NCBI GenBank assembly: GCA_050255815.1
Contig: JBLMVJ010000014.1
Span: 36,728-100,727 of the forward strand
Direction: 5' to 3'
Length of the DNA: 64,000 bases
From: Candidatus Levyibacteriota bacterium
Lineage (GTDB): Bacteria > Patescibacteriota > Microgenomatia > Levybacterales > GWA1-39-11
Each line of letters starts with the position of its first letter. The stretch's first letter is position 1. A model generated the notes under the pieces. That model ran no database searches and was not told the origin of the DNA. It saw nothing but the letters and a program-made list of their open reading frames with translations. The translations under genes and the position numbers were made by a program. Of the stretch, positions 1 through 10,842 are shown piece by piece.

Positions 1-1076
1 CCAGCCCGGTAATATGGGGATTGGTACCAGATGGTTTGTTTGCCTGATCCTAACAGGTCTGTCTCCTGGATAATGTGCGCAGGTGAAAGACCGGGAAACG
101 ATTTTTTGTACCATGAAGAAAAGTCTTTCATGGTTGTTATCTGGACCCGGCTATTTTCCTCCAGTCCTTTTGCATAATCAAGCCATTGGGATAGGTTGTT
201 AGTGTAATCTTCTATGTGCAAATCCCCTTCTAGGCCTATGGTTGCCTGGCCAAACTGGTTATTAGGATTTTGTAAGGCGTAGGTGTTGAGTAAATTTTTA
301 AAATAAGAGATATCTAGTCCTAATGTTGCGTAATCCTGCAGGCTATACATGCTGGCAGGACGTTTAGAAGCACTGAAATATCCGCTTAAAGGATCCCGTG
401 CTGCCCAGCGGAAACTGACTACATCAAGCTTGTTTTGAATATCCTGCGCCGGTTGTGCACTGTTAATAGCATTAGGATAGTACGGTACAGACCACCAGGT
501 TCCCCACACCTGATACCCGTCTAAATCATATTGGTCTGAAACTCCCAGAGTTCCCGTAATGCCATATTTCTGCTTCATGTAAGAAAGGGAATAGGCATCT
601 GTCCACCAGGACCCTACGGATACCGGATAGTAGCCAAAGATTTCCTTAAAATCTGCAAACAAGGTATCTATGAGTTTTTTTCTTTCTTCTTGGGCGTAGC
701 CGGATAAGAATAAGGAAGTTGCACGGTGCCAGGAATCTGTTTTATGGTAGGCAACGTGTGCTTCACGGGCAAAATCGGGGGTGACTTCCAGGAAAAGGCC
801 AAGCTCTTGCTTGCTGTCCATGCCTTTCAGCGCATTTATAAAATCTCCCTTTTGCATGACATCATATGTTACTAACCAGGTTGCAGGTAAGTCTCGACTT
901 TTAATTTCTGCATACTCCGCATTAAAACTCTTCAGGTAATCAGGAGTATAGGAAGAAATCCGCTGTGGGTTGACAATAGTGATAAAGGAGTTGCCGGATG
1001 CGTAGGCGTAGGGAACCTTTATGATAGCTATAACCGTTATAACAATTACAATTATATGGGAAGTTACCTTACGCAT
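1..1076 (-). CDS. Exported protein, possibly polysaccharide deacetylase/GH57-like fold (DUF3863-like); runs off the window edge
   Basis: Translated manually (absent from the ORF track). ATG at 1076 overlaps the valS stop (TAATG). MRKVTSHIIVIVITVIAIIKVPYAYA signal-like N-terminus; PATWLVTYD, FKEIFGYYPVSVGSWW; open to position 1. Confidence 0.6.
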   Translation of the reverse strand, partial: MRKVTSHIIVIVITVIAIIKVPYAYASGNSFITIVNPQRISSYTPDYLKSFNAEYAEIKSRDLPATWLVTYDVMQKGDFINALKGMDSKQELGLFLEVTPDFAREAHVAYHKTDSWHRATSLFLSGYAQEERKKLIDTLFADFKEIFGYYPVSVGSWWTDAYSLSYMKQKYGITGTLGVSDQYDLDGYQVWGTWWSVPYYPNAINSAQPAQDIQNKLDVVSFRWAARDPLSGYFSASKRPASMYSLQDYATLGLDISYFKNLLNTYALQNPNNQFGQATIGLEGDLHIEDYTNNLSQWLDYAKGLEENSRVQITTMKDFSSWYKKSFPGLSPAHIIQETDLLGSGKQTIWYQSPYYRA

Positions 1077-3205
1077 TATGCAGTGGGCCAGGAAGAGATG
1101 ATGAGCATGTCAGTTTTATACTGTAACTCCCTGGTAATTTCCTCTGTTATAAATGGCATGAAGGGATGCAGCAGCTTTAAGAGTATCAAGTATTGAGTAT
1201 TAAGTGTTAAGTATGAATTGTCGTCAATCCTATTTTTTACGTCCTCAATGTAGATATCTGCAAATTCATGCCAGATAAATTCATACAGCCGTTCTGCTGC
1301 CAGGTTAAACTGGTATGCTTCAAGGTATTTTGTTATTTCTTCTATAAGCCTTTGTGTTTTTTCAATCCATTCTTTGTCATTTCCGCTCAAGGCATCTAAG
1401 GAACCAAGATTTTCTACGGCGCCCATACTTCTTCCTTCCTGCTTCATCTGGATAAACCGGGCTATATTCCAGAGTTTATTGGCAAACTTCCTGGCAGCAT
1501 CCAGTTTAGGATAAGAGAGGGCCTGGTCATTACCGGTAGCATTCCCGTATATAAGAGCAAAACGCACGGCATCCGCACCGTATTCATCTACCAATTCCAG
1601 GGGGTTTACTACATTCCCTTTACTTTTACTCATTTTCTTGCCATAGGGGTCATTTACAATACCGTGGAACAACACGTCCCGGAACGGTACCTCATCAGTA
1701 ATATACAACCCCAGCATGACCATACGGGAAACCCAGGCTTTCAAAATGTCATAGGCGGTTTCCATAACAGAGGTAGGATAAAACTTTCCAAAATCATCCG
1801 GACCGCTTGTCTTTAGGGTCACATACGGCCACTGGCCGGAAGAAAACCATGTGTCAAACGTGTCTGAATCCTGGGTCAGTTTCAGGGATTTGCATGCCGG
1901 ACACTGGGTAGGAGTCTCCCCTTCTGTTACTTGCCAGGCATCACAGTCATCACACTTCCAGGCAGGGATCTGGATTCCCCAGACAATCTGGCGGCTTATA
2001 TTCCAGTCACGCAGGTTTTCCAGCCAGTGGAAGTACGTATTCTCAAAGTTTTTAGGGACTATTTTTATGTCCCCGTTTTTCACTGCGTTTATTGCCCGCG
2101 TTTTGAGGCTTTCAACCTTAATGAACCACTGTTCTAAAGGGAGCGGTTCTAAAACATTTTTACATTTGTAGCAGAGGTTTAAGTTAGTAACATATTTTTC
2201 ATCCACTTTCTCCAGGAGCCCTTTTTTCTCCATCTCCTCTACTACTGCGCGCCTAGCCTCTTTTACATACATACCGGCAAATTTGCCCGCATGCTCATTC
2301 ATCTTGCCGTCAAAGCCGATGACTTGTTTCATAGGTAGGTTATGCCGCTTGCCAGTTTCAAAGTCTGCAAAGTCATGCGCGGGGGTGATTTTTACCACCC
2401 CGGTCCCAAACGCAGGATCAACCATCTCATCTGCAATTACTATGATTTTCGCCGGGCCCAGCACTGTCTCTATATCTATTTCTTTTCCTACATATTGTTG
2501 GTACCGTTTGTCCTTCGGATGCACTGCAACAGCCGTATCCCCAAATTTAGTTTCCGGCCTGGTTGTAGCAAGCAGAAGGGGTCCATACTTTATATAATAG
2601 AGTGGCCGTTCCCGTTCCTCATGGACTACTTCCAGGTCAGAAAAAGAGGTGCCGTCAAAGGTACAATAGTTTACCAGCTTGTAGTCCCGGTAGACCAGGC
2701 CATCATCATACATCCGGTGAAATGTTCTATAGACCAGCGCTACAATATCCGGATCCAGCGTATATTTTTCCCTGGACCAGTCTAATGAAAAGCCCAGGCG
2801 CCGCAGCTGCTTTTCAATGCCGCCGCGGTGTTCCTGTACATACTCATAAATCATGGAGAATAGAGTTTTATTGTCATAGTCCAGCCTGGATTTGCCCTGC
2901 TCTTTTAATTTCTTCTCAAAAACAAATTGGGTCTCTATGCCGGCATGGTCAGTTCCGGGAAGCCAAAGTGCGGCCTTTCCTTTCATGCGGTTAAAGCGGA
3001 TCAGGATATCCTCTACCGTAAACATGGCGTGGCCAAAGTGGAGGGCGCCGTTTGCATTAGGAGGTGGGAGGATAATGGTAAATTTATCCTGTGGGTCAGC
3101 AGAGTTAAATGCTTCCCGGTTTACTTCAGGCTTAAAATAGCCATTTTCTTCCCAGGCTTTATAAATGCCATCCTCTACCTTTTTATGGTCGTAGACTTTG
3201 TCCAT
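1076..3205 (-). CDS. valS: Valyl-tRNA synthetase (short form, no C-terminal coiled-coil arm)
   Basis: PPPNANGALHFGH (HIGH), PGTDHAGI, ATTRPET, DWNISRQ, KMSKS. Confidence 0.97.
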   Translation of the reverse strand: MDKVYDHKKVEDGIYKAWEENGYFKPEVNREAFNSADPQDKFTIILPPPNANGALHFGHAMFTVEDILIRFNRMKGKAALWLPGTDHAGIETQFVFEKKLKEQGKSRLDYDNKTLFSMIYEYVQEHRGGIEKQLRRLGFSLDWSREKYTLDPDIVALVYRTFHRMYDDGLVYRDYKLVNYCTFDGTSFSDLEVVHEERERPLYYIKYGPLLLATTRPETKFGDTAVAVHPKDKRYQQYVGKEIDIETVLGPAKIIVIADEMVDPAFGTGVVKITPAHDFADFETGKRHNLPMKQVIGFDGKMNEHAGKFAGMYVKEARRAVVEEMEKKGLLEKVDEKYVTNLNLCYKCKNVLEPLPLEQWFIKVESLKTRAINAVKNGDIKIVPKNFENTYFHWLENLRDWNISRQIVWGIQIPAWKCDDCDAWQVTEGETPTQCPACKSLKLTQDSDTFDTWFSSGQWPYVTLKTSGPDDFGKFYPTSVMETAYDILKAWVSRMVMLGLYITDEVPFRDVLFHGIVNDPYGKKMSKSKGNVVNPLELVDEYGADAVRFALIYGNATGNDQALSYPKLDAARKFANKLWNIARFIQMKQEGRSMGAVENLGSLDALSGNDKEWIEKTQRLIEEITKYLEAYQFNLAAERLYEFIWHEFADIYIEDVKNRIDDNSYLTLNTQYLILLKLLHPFMPFITEEITRELQYKTDMLIISSWPTA
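1182..1216. repeat. Period-7 tandem array inside valS
   Basis: agtatca agtattg agtatta agtgtta agtatga. Confidence 0.7.
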
Positions 3206-3250
3206 TTGGGAGTAATTCTAGCACAAATGTAAGAAATAAGGCAGGGGAAA

Positions 3251-3484
3251 TTACAGGAGGAATAAAAGCGATAAGACTAAAAGCAGCGTAAATACGAAAA
3301 ACAAATGGAATGTCATGATCTTCACCAGTGGTTTTGGGATAATAATTCCCAGCCTGGAGCTCATTTTGTATGCCTGCTGGGCGTGAAGCCCAGAAATAAG
3401 GAGAATCATAAGGGTTGAAGAAAACAAAAATACTTTAGAAAAAACTTGTAACATATTAAGCATATTAGTTAGTAAGATATCCAT
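3251..3484 (-). CDS. Small two-TM membrane protein
   Basis: Two hydrophobic segments; overlaps the upstream gene; ATG at 3484 preferred. Confidence 0.6.
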   Translation of the reverse strand: MDILLTNMLNMLQVFSKVFLFSSTLMILLISGLHAQQAYKMSSRLGIIIPKPLVKIMTFHLFFVFTLLLVLSLLFLL

Positions 3485-4109
3485 AGGGTACTCTGCCAAC
3501 GTACGCCGGTCTGCCTTGCTGGTCTTTTACCCAGAGGCTCTGTACGTCAATGGTTTGAGTCTTATGTAACTGTGATGAAAGAAGATTGGCAACTTTCCGG
3601 GGAGACCTGATATTTCTGAGGACAAAGATATCCTCATGGGTGGGCCTGTCAAATGTAATGGATACGTTTCCCATATTCAGGTGTTCTGAGATAATCCCTG
3701 AAAGGTCTGCGTCTATCTCCGTACATCTCACCTGGTCTAACAGTACGGAGCTGGTCACCTCTGAAAGAAGCGGACTGTAACGTACTTCCAAAAGCTTTCT
3801 GGAAGTTACTATGTACAGATGAAAATACCAGTGCACCATTTCTTTTATAACAATCCCAAAACCTCCCATAAGGCTCACAAAAAAGAAAGCAGCGGCAATA
3901 AGTATGCTGTGCAGGACAAAAAATGAAATGACCGTAAACACTATGCTGACAAAGAATGTAGAAGTTACCATTTGGCTTATCCGGAACAGCAGGGTAATAT
4001 AATGTTCACGGGCTGCAAAAATATATTCCTCATTTTCAAAGGTTATAAATTTTTCAATATCCTGCCTGTCTAGCCTATCCCGGAATAATGTTTTAAGAAG
4101 GCTGTTCAT
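3465..4109 (-). CDS. Membrane protein with bacterial PH-like (bPH_2) domain
   Basis: REHY motif, two TMs, then YIVTSRKLL...NMGNVSI...IRSP; TATAGT just upstream of ATG 4109. Confidence 0.7.
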   Translation of the reverse strand: MNSLLKTLFRDRLDRQDIEKFITFENEEYIFAAREHYITLLFRISQMVTSTFFVSIVFTVISFFVLHSILIAAAFFFVSLMGGFGIVIKEMVHWYFHLYIVTSRKLLEVRYSPLLSEVTSSVLLDQVRCTEIDADLSGIISEHLNMGNVSITFDRPTHEDIFVLRNIRSPRKVANLLSSQLHKTQTIDVQSLWVKDQQGRPAYVGRVPYGYLTN

Positions 4110-4145
4110 AGTGTTTCTACTATACTCCACCCACTACATCTATTC

Positions 4146-4184
4146 AGTAATTCCCCTTACACTGAAACTGTAATCTTGCTTACA
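4146..4184. promoter_or_regulatory. Two tandem Crp-type boxes in a divergent promoter region
   Basis: AGTAA-N6-TTACA (4146-4161) and TGTAA-N6-TTACA (4169-4184). Confidence 0.65.
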
Positions 4185-4221
4185 AAAATAATTCATTGTA
4201 TACTCGGTAAGGGTTGCGCAC

Positions 4222-4872
4222 ATGGCCCAAAATGCAAACAGAAAACTTCTAGAATTCTTCCTGCGCCATAAAAAAGTCGCCTATAAAAAAGGGAATATTA
4301 TTATCCGTTCAGACGAAACGCCTTCCGGCGTATTCTACCTTCTGCAGGGGTATGTAAAAGATTATTGCCTGTCCTATGAGGGAAAAAGTTTCAGTTTAAT
4401 CCTTTTTAAGGAAAAGGATATTTTCCCGCACAATTGGATTTTTAATAAAACTAAAAATGACCATATCTTTGAAGCCTTTACCGACTGTATCCTGCTGCGT
4501 GCTTCCCGCGAAGAATTTATGGATTTTCTTGCAAATAACCCTGACGTCCTGCTGCTGGTTACCCAGAATGTATTGATCAGAATGGGTGGCCTTTTTGAGC
4601 GTATGGAGCAGCTGGCATTTGGGAATGCGGAGAAACGCGTCTCTTCTATCATACTCATTTTTGCTGACCGGTTTGGGAAAAAAACGCCTGAGGGGACCCT
4701 TATTCCGGTTCCATTATCCCATAAGGAAATAGCAGAGTTTATAGGTATTACCCGGGAAACAGCAAGTATTGAAATTAAAAAACTGGAACGAGCAAACATT
4801 ATTGTAAGGTCTTCAAAATCTTACATAGTAAAAAAACACGCTGCCCTTCTTAAAAAATCCGCAGCCCTCTGA
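4222..4872 (+). CDS. Crp/Fnr family transcriptional regulator
   Basis: cNMP-binding-like N-domain (GVFYLLQGYVK); C-terminal HTH LSHKEIAEFIGITRETAS. Confidence 0.92.
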   Translation: MAQNANRKLLEFFLRHKKVAYKKGNIIIRSDETPSGVFYLLQGYVKDYCLSYEGKSFSLILFKEKDIFPHNWIFNKTKNDHIFEAFTDCILLRASREEFMDFLANNPDVLLLVTQNVLIRMGGLFERMEQLAFGNAEKRVSSIILIFADRFGKKTPEGTLIPVPLSHKEIAEFIGITRETASIEIKKLERANIIVRSSKSYIVKKHAALLKKSAAL

Positions 4873-4905
4873 AGTTCTTTGCTAAAAACTTGCTATAATA
4901 CCACT

Positions 4906-6471
4906 ATGGGAAACAGTTTAAACCAGTACTCTCAAGTCCTTTTTAAATATTTCACGGCAGATAAGGGTCAACCGCACGTCCAGGGGATTACGGTGAATCC
5001 CATTGTTGCAGAAATTGCCTCATGGTACGAAAAACTGCGTAATGCCATGGAGTACCGAAAAGATGAAGTATTGCTGCAGACAACCATCCTGCGGATTCTC
5101 AAACGGCGGACTATTTTGGGTACCGGAAAAGATGTAGCAGCCCCCCTGGTACGGGAGTTAGTTTGGGCACGTTATCTGCCTGATGGCAGTATAACCCAGG
5201 CAACCATAGAGCAAGCGCAAAAAAAGATAGAGCTTTATGGGAAATTGCGCCGCCATATGGTGGAGCAAAAAATCCTGAAAGACTCAGAAGCAAGCAAATA
5301 CATCTATCAGGTGATGTCTGCAGACCTGGAGAACCTTCTTAACCCTACCCCGGAGCGGGAGGCTATGGGCAGTTATATTTTTCACTCTCTGCGCCCCAAT
5401 ATTTCTATAGAAAATGAGACGGATGAGCAAGTGAATGTCCAGGTGTTTATTGCAATCCACCGGAACTACACAAATGATAACCTTGCAATTTTACGCTTCC
5501 ACCTTCTCAAACAGTATTTTGGGGATTTTAATGAAGAAAGCTATGAAAAAATTGCAGCAGGTTTTAAAGACGGGTATATAGCTATTGAAAAAGCGATTAA
5601 CCATCCCCTCCGGTATAAAGTCTCAACATATGTAAAGCGTTTTATTCCGCCTTTTCTCATTTTAGAAAGTTTGCTGCGTCAGCAAAAGGGGACTATCTAT
5701 ACCCTTTTAGAAAATGATGAAGAGTTTTCCAATACGGTTATCTCTATGTGCCAGGAGAAGTATGACGGCATTGTTTCAAAAGTGAGACGTGCTATAGTGC
5801 GGTCTGTTATTTTTATTCTTCTGTCTAAAGTGTTTTTTGCATTTGCTATAGAAGGATCATTTGAGCGGTATTTCTTTGGGAGTGTCCAGTGGCTTACCTT
5901 AGGGCTTAATATTGTTATTCCTACTTCCCTCATGATTATTGCAAGCTTTTTTATCTCCACCCCTAATAGAAGAAATTCCCTCCGGATTCTTGCTGCCATA
6001 AAAGATTTGTTGTTTTCCCCCCAGCCCAGGATTGGGTATGCTATCCACTTCCAGGATCCTACCAAGAAAAAAGCAACATTTTCAGATAATGTCTTTACTA
6101 CTCTTTGGTTTACCACCTTCATTATTTCCTTTGGCCTTATTATATTTGCCTTAACAAAGATGCACTTTAATATCATGAGCCAGGGAGTCTTTTTATTCTT
6201 TGTGGCTATAGTCTCATTCCTTTCTTACCGTATTAACCAGACGGCACACGTTTATACACTGGAGGACCACCAGAGCATTAAAACGTTAATTGCCGACTTT
6301 TTCTTTTTGCCGGTTGCCAGGATAGGAATGTATCTGACAGAAGGAATTTCCCAGGTGAATATTTTTCTGTTTTTATTTGATTTTGTGATTGAGACACCGT
6401 TTAAGAGTTTATTTGGATTTTTTGACCAATGGTTTTTATATCTGCACTCAAAGAGAGAAAACCTCGAATAG
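4906..6471 (+). CDS. Hypothetical membrane protein
   Basis: Long ORF with a soluble N-half and C-terminal TMs; TGcTATAAT 6 nt before ATG 4906. Confidence 0.75.
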   Translation: MGNSLNQYSQVLFKYFTADKGQPHVQGITVNPIVAEIASWYEKLRNAMEYRKDEVLLQTTILRILKRRTILGTGKDVAAPLVRELVWARYLPDGSITQATIEQAQKKIELYGKLRRHMVEQKILKDSEASKYIYQVMSADLENLLNPTPEREAMGSYIFHSLRPNISIENETDEQVNVQVFIAIHRNYTNDNLAILRFHLLKQYFGDFNEESYEKIAAGFKDGYIAIEKAINHPLRYKVSTYVKRFIPPFLILESLLRQQKGTIYTLLENDEEFSNTVISMCQEKYDGIVSKVRRAIVRSVIFILLSKVFFAFAIEGSFERYFFGSVQWLTLGLNIVIPTSLMIIASFFISTPNRRNSLRILAAIKDLLFSPQPRIGYAIHFQDPTKKKATFSDNVFTTLWFTTFIISFGLIIFALTKMHFNIMSQGVFLFFVAIVSFLSYRINQTAHVYTLEDHQSIKTLIADFFFLPVARIGMYLTEGISQVNIFLFLFDFVIETPFKSLFGFFDQWFLYLHSKRENLE

Positions 6472-6499
6472 TCTGCAAAGTAGTATATAATTATCTACA

Positions 6500-7744
6500 G
6501 TGAAACTTGACACAGCAGAAATCTTAAAAGTTTTTGGAAATACGTTTTCCCAATTAATTATAAGGTTCTCAGGCGCCGGTACTACATTTTTAGTTACGTT
6601 ATTTCTTGCGCGGTTTCTGGGCGTTGATACGCTGGGAAGTTTTATAAAGGTAACTTCATTTGTAGCAATCTTTTATTTGCTGATAGACTTTGGGCTCAAC
6701 ACAATCTACCTTAAGGATTATTTCCATAAAACAGAGGAGTTATTTGGGAATTTGCTGCTGCTGCGGTTTTTGATCTCTTCATCCGTTTTCCTTTTAGTCC
6801 TTGCCATTGCCGTTTTTCTGCCGCACACGGAAAACTCCGGATACTCAATTGCAGAAAAGATAGGTATTCTTATCTATTCTTTTACTATTTTTACGGAAGG
6901 CATCCTGGTTTCATTTAATGGCCTCCTGCAAAAAAACCTTCTCCAGAAAAAATTGGTAATGCCAAGCCTGGCTTCTTCTGTTGTTACCATACTGCTGGTT
7001 TTATTAGGCGTTTGGGCGCATAATCTGTTTATTATTTTGGCCTCATATCCTATTGGAGAGCTGGTTCAGGTGTCCGCCATAAGCATCTCCCTTAAGAATA
7101 AAGTTTCTTACAAGAGGCTTCCCGCTTCTTTTAGGAGTTTTTCTAGAAAATCACTGTTTGCTGCTTCCCCCCTGGCACTCATGTTGTTTTTAAATGTAGT
7201 ATATTTCCGCGCGGACTCTTTTATTCTTGCCCTCTTAAAAAGCGCAACTGATGTAGGCCTCTATGGTTTTTCCTATAAAGTATTTGAGTTTTTGATTTCC
7301 GTCCCTACGTTTCTTTCTGCCAGCGTATTTCCAATCCTTATTGCGGTACATGCTGACCGTAAGCTATTTAGGCAAAAGATATTTTCTTATGCAGGTATAT
7401 TATTGGCGGTTTCCGGTATTCTTACCGGTGCCGTTTTCCTGCTTTCTCCCCTGGTGTCCCTGGTGCGTTCCGATCTGGCACCCGCCGTTATTCCTTTACG
7501 TATTTTATCTTTTTCCCTACCCTTCTTTTTCTTAACCAGCTTATTCCAGTGGGCGATTCTCTTACAGGGAAAAATAAAGCTGCTTCTTTTCATTTATGGG
7601 ATCACTATGGTTTTAAATGTCATTCTGAACGTGCTGTATATACCGGTTTTTTCATATATAGCATCCTCATACATCACGCTTGCAACTGAAGGGCTTGTCT
7701 TTCTGCTGATGCTTATGGTATTTTTAACTTCTAAGAAAAACTAA
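6500..7744 (+). CDS. Wzx/MOP-family polysaccharide flippase
   Basis: About 12 TMs; LARFLG, DFGL, YFRADSFIL, VGLYG. Confidence 0.85.
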   Translation: MKLDTAEILKVFGNTFSQLIIRFSGAGTTFLVTLFLARFLGVDTLGSFIKVTSFVAIFYLLIDFGLNTIYLKDYFHKTEELFGNLLLLRFLISSSVFLLVLAIAVFLPHTENSGYSIAEKIGILIYSFTIFTEGILVSFNGLLQKNLLQKKLVMPSLASSVVTILLVLLGVWAHNLFIILASYPIGELVQVSAISISLKNKVSYKRLPASFRSFSRKSLFAASPLALMLFLNVVYFRADSFILALLKSATDVGLYGFSYKVFEFLISVPTFLSASVFPILIAVHADRKLFRQKIFSYAGILLAVSGILTGAVFLLSPLVSLVRSDLAPAVIPLRILSFSLPFFFLTSLFQWAILLQGKIKLLLFIYGITMVLNVILNVLYIPVFSYIASSYITLATEGLVFLLMLMVFLTSKKN

Positions 7745-8161
7745 ATGGAGAAGCACGTATCTGTATACTGTGACGGCGGATCCAGGGGAAACCCGGGAGA
7801 GGCGGCTTATGGGTTTGTCATTTATGACCGGGATGGAAAAGAGCTGTATAAAGAAGGAAAGCGCTTAGGGATAACTACCAATAATGTTGCAGAGTATTCC
7901 GCAGTAATTGCGGCCATGCATTGGCTTCTTGCGCATCCCGTAGAAGATTCACAAATCCAATTTTATCTGGATTCTGCATTAGTAGCAAACCAGATGAAGG
8001 GAATATTCAAGATTAAAAACGAGAATATGCGTTCTCTTGCCTATACCGCAAAAACTTTGGAAAAAAAACTTTCCCAACAGATTACCTATCATGCTATCCC
8101 CCGGGAGCAAAACAAAATGGCAGACCGCATGGTTAACCTTGCATTAGATAACCTCCTTTAG
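7745..8161 (+). CDS. rnhA: Ribonuclease HI
   Basis: YCDGGSRGNPG, TNNVAEY, DS, PREQNKMAD. Confidence 0.92.
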   Translation: MEKHVSVYCDGGSRGNPGEAAYGFVIYDRDGKELYKEGKRLGITTNNVAEYSAVIAAMHWLLAHPVEDSQIQFYLDSALVANQMKGIFKIKNENMRSLAYTAKTLEKKLSQQITYHAIPREQNKMADRMVNLALDNLL

Positions 8162-8202
8162 TTTTTCTAGACAAACAAGGCTTCGTCCCATACAATAAAA
8201 GT

Positions 8203-10842
8203 ATGGCAAATTACCTGGAGGTGGAAGAGGAAAAGAATCAATCCTCCCTTCTGTTTGTAGACCTCAACTCCGGTTTGGAAAATATCCTTTTAGACCTTTT
8301 GTATGAGAAGCTTAAGGACAAAACAGACTGTTATGCTTTGACCAGGAAGAAAATCCCTGAAGGCCTATCACGTCTTTCGGCTTTGAGTATCCACCTGCTG
8401 GATCAGTTAACACAAAACCCTTCCTACGCGGTAATTTTCCTGGATGAGGAGAAGCAGAAAAAGAAAACGTATGAAGTTATAGAAAAACTTTCCAATGGCA
8501 AGACCCACATAGTAGTCCTGGTGCCTTACCGGATTTTTGAAGGATTTTCTGACCTGATTCTGTCCTGTAAAGATAAGCCTAATGTTTCATTTGCTTTGGT
8601 TGGTGATTTGTTTGGTATTCACATGCTTCACGCTCCGTTGTCAAAGATTATCCAGCGGGCACTTTTAAAAAAGGAAATATACCTTTCCGGTAATGATCTT
8701 ACTCCTATCTTTCCCATTTCTGAAGAAGATGTAATTTCCGGCATCCAGCATATCCTGTTTGCGCTTAAGGGTCGCGTTTTTGTAACCACCCTTTTTTATG
8801 ACCATCCGCAAACCATAGTTTCCCTTTCCCACATGATAAAACGGCTTGAGCCGGAGCTTTCAATATATTTTGACGAGAAAAAGGCAGTGTTTTTGGAAGG
8901 GGAGACGGTAGACCAAAAAAATAAATTTTTAAAACAAAAAATAGGGGTAGTCGCCCAAGCTCCTTCCGTTTCTTTTGCAGGCTTTGAAGCAAGCTGTGTA
9001 CCATTACAAAACCCCAAACTGCCGGTATATACCCCTTCAAAAAGAAGGTTAAAGAGGACGGGCAAGCTTATTTCATTTGCAGTAATACAGCGGTTAGTTG
9101 CCTACATGTCCGTAGGGTTCACCCTTTTTATTATTGCTTCCTGTATCGTTTTTGTTTTGAGTATTTTGCAGTTTAGGGATGGAGTGAAAAGTTTGACTGC
9201 AGGTAATATTACCGCTGCAAGGCAGTCCCTGCAAACCAGCAGCAGCTTATATTCCTCAGTGTCAGGCGTAGTAGAGTTTTCAGTTTATCTCTCAGAGTTT
9301 TTTGGCCAGAATGATGTGACCCGCGGCGTAAAAATGTACGCTACGTTTATGAATGAGCAAAAAGACATGCTGCCGGTGATAGAAAAAGCGCTCCAGGAAA
9401 ATCCTAACATGTCAAAAGAAGAGTTGCAGCAGGTACTTTCATCTTATATGAATGTATTTTTTATGACTGAAGAGTTTAATAATGAGGGCAACAGCAGGCT
9501 CAGAGCCTTTGAACATTTAGAAGTTCCTTCCCGATTTTTTTCGGCGCTTTCTGTTGCGCCTCAGATATTAGGGTATGACGGGAAGAAATCATACATTATT
9601 CTTTTACAGAATAATAATGAACTGCGTCCTACCGGGGGGTTTATTGGGTCGGTAGCGTACGTAGAGGTGGAAAACGGAAAACTTTCAACCGTAAACATAC
9701 AGGACGTATACGACCTGGATGGACAACTGCGGGGACATATAGAGCCTCCTTTTATAGTCCGCAGGTTTTTGCAGCCCCATTTGTATCTGCGGGACAGTAA
9801 TTTTTCCCTTAATTTCCAGGATGCGGCAAGCAGCTCTGCGCTTCTCTACAACCTGGAAACGGGCAAAAATATAGATGGCGTGCTAGCAATAGATACGCAG
9901 GTATTAAAGACGTTGGTAGACATAGAAGGGCCTATAACCGTGCCCGGATTAAAAAATGAACTTACCAGCAATAATATAGTGGATGTAGTCCAAAATTCTA
10001 TCCAGGCGGACTTTTTCCCCGGATCAACGGAAAAAAAGAGGATTCTTTCTACTATCTTTAACCAGCTGTTGTTTGACATCCAAAGCGATAACCAAAAAAA
10101 AGTAGCTTTTATGAAAAGCCTTCCCCGGCTTCTTTCAGAAAAACATATTCTTCTTTCTTTCGCAAAACCATCCCTGGAAAAAGCGGTGATAGCCTCTTCT
10201 TTTGCCGGGAGCTTAGAAGACCTGCGGGTGGAAAAAAATACATACCCTGACTACCTAAGCATTAATGAGGCGAACATTGGGGTAAATAAAGTAAACCAGT
10301 TTGTAGACCGGAAGGTAGAATATGCAGGGCTTCTCAAGGGGAATTCATTAGACTCTGACGTTTTGGTTACATTGCACAATGTAGGAAGTGAGAATTATAA
10401 AACATATATGCGTGCAGTTGTGCCGGAGGGCGCAAAGCTTTTAAAGATATTCTTTGACGGGCAGGAGCAAAAGATTACCCCTTTTATTACAGACCCTGCC
10501 GTATATGAGAGAAAAGGATTTAAAGCGCCTGTTGGATTAGAAGTCAGCCAGGAAGTAAAAAACGGCCATAAGGAAATAGGGTTTGTTACCACTGTTGCAA
10601 AGACCTCTTCTCTATCTGTGCGCATTTTATATGAAACTGACTATAACTTTTTAGACAAGGATGTGCTCTTCTACTCTTTTAATTTCCTTAAGCAGCCGGG
10701 TACCGGTGCGTACCCGATTAGCGTAACACTCCAGACAGATGGGAATTATATCCTTGAAAAAGAGGACAACTCTCCCGTATTATTTGAAGGTGCTATAGAT
10801 ACGGATAAAGAGGTGAAAGTAAAAATAGTACGCTCAAAATAA
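8203..10842 (+). CDS. DUF4012-domain membrane-anchored protein
   Basis: LLQNNNELRPTGGFIGS, LRDSNF, EANIGVNKVN, KQPG; single central TM. Confidence 0.8.
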   Translation: MANYLEVEEEKNQSSLLFVDLNSGLENILLDLLYEKLKDKTDCYALTRKKIPEGLSRLSALSIHLLDQLTQNPSYAVIFLDEEKQKKKTYEVIEKLSNGKTHIVVLVPYRIFEGFSDLILSCKDKPNVSFALVGDLFGIHMLHAPLSKIIQRALLKKEIYLSGNDLTPIFPISEEDVISGIQHILFALKGRVFVTTLFYDHPQTIVSLSHMIKRLEPELSIYFDEKKAVFLEGETVDQKNKFLKQKIGVVAQAPSVSFAGFEASCVPLQNPKLPVYTPSKRRLKRTGKLISFAVIQRLVAYMSVGFTLFIIASCIVFVLSILQFRDGVKSLTAGNITAARQSLQTSSSLYSSVSGVVEFSVYLSEFFGQNDVTRGVKMYATFMNEQKDMLPVIEKALQENPNMSKEELQQVLSSYMNVFFMTEEFNNEGNSRLRAFEHLEVPSRFFSALSVAPQILGYDGKKSYIILLQNNNELRPTGGFIGSVAYVEVENGKLSTVNIQDVYDLDGQLRGHIEPPFIVRRFLQPHLYLRDSNFSLNFQDAASSSALLYNLETGKNIDGVLAIDTQVLKTLVDIEGPITVPGLKNELTSNNIVDVVQNSIQADFFPGSTEKKRILSTIFNQLLFDIQSDNQKKVAFMKSLPRLLSEKHILLSFAKPSLEKAVIASSFAGSLEDLRVEKNTYPDYLSINEANIGVNKVNQFVDRKVEYAGLLKGNSLDSDVLVTLHNVGSENYKTYMRAVVPEGAKLLKIFFDGQEQKITPFITDPAVYERKGFKAPVGLEVSQEVKNGHKEIGFVTTVAKTSSLSVRILYETDYNFLDKDVLFYSFNFLKQPGTGAYPISVTLQTDGNYILEKEDNSPVLFEGAIDTDKEVKVKIVRSK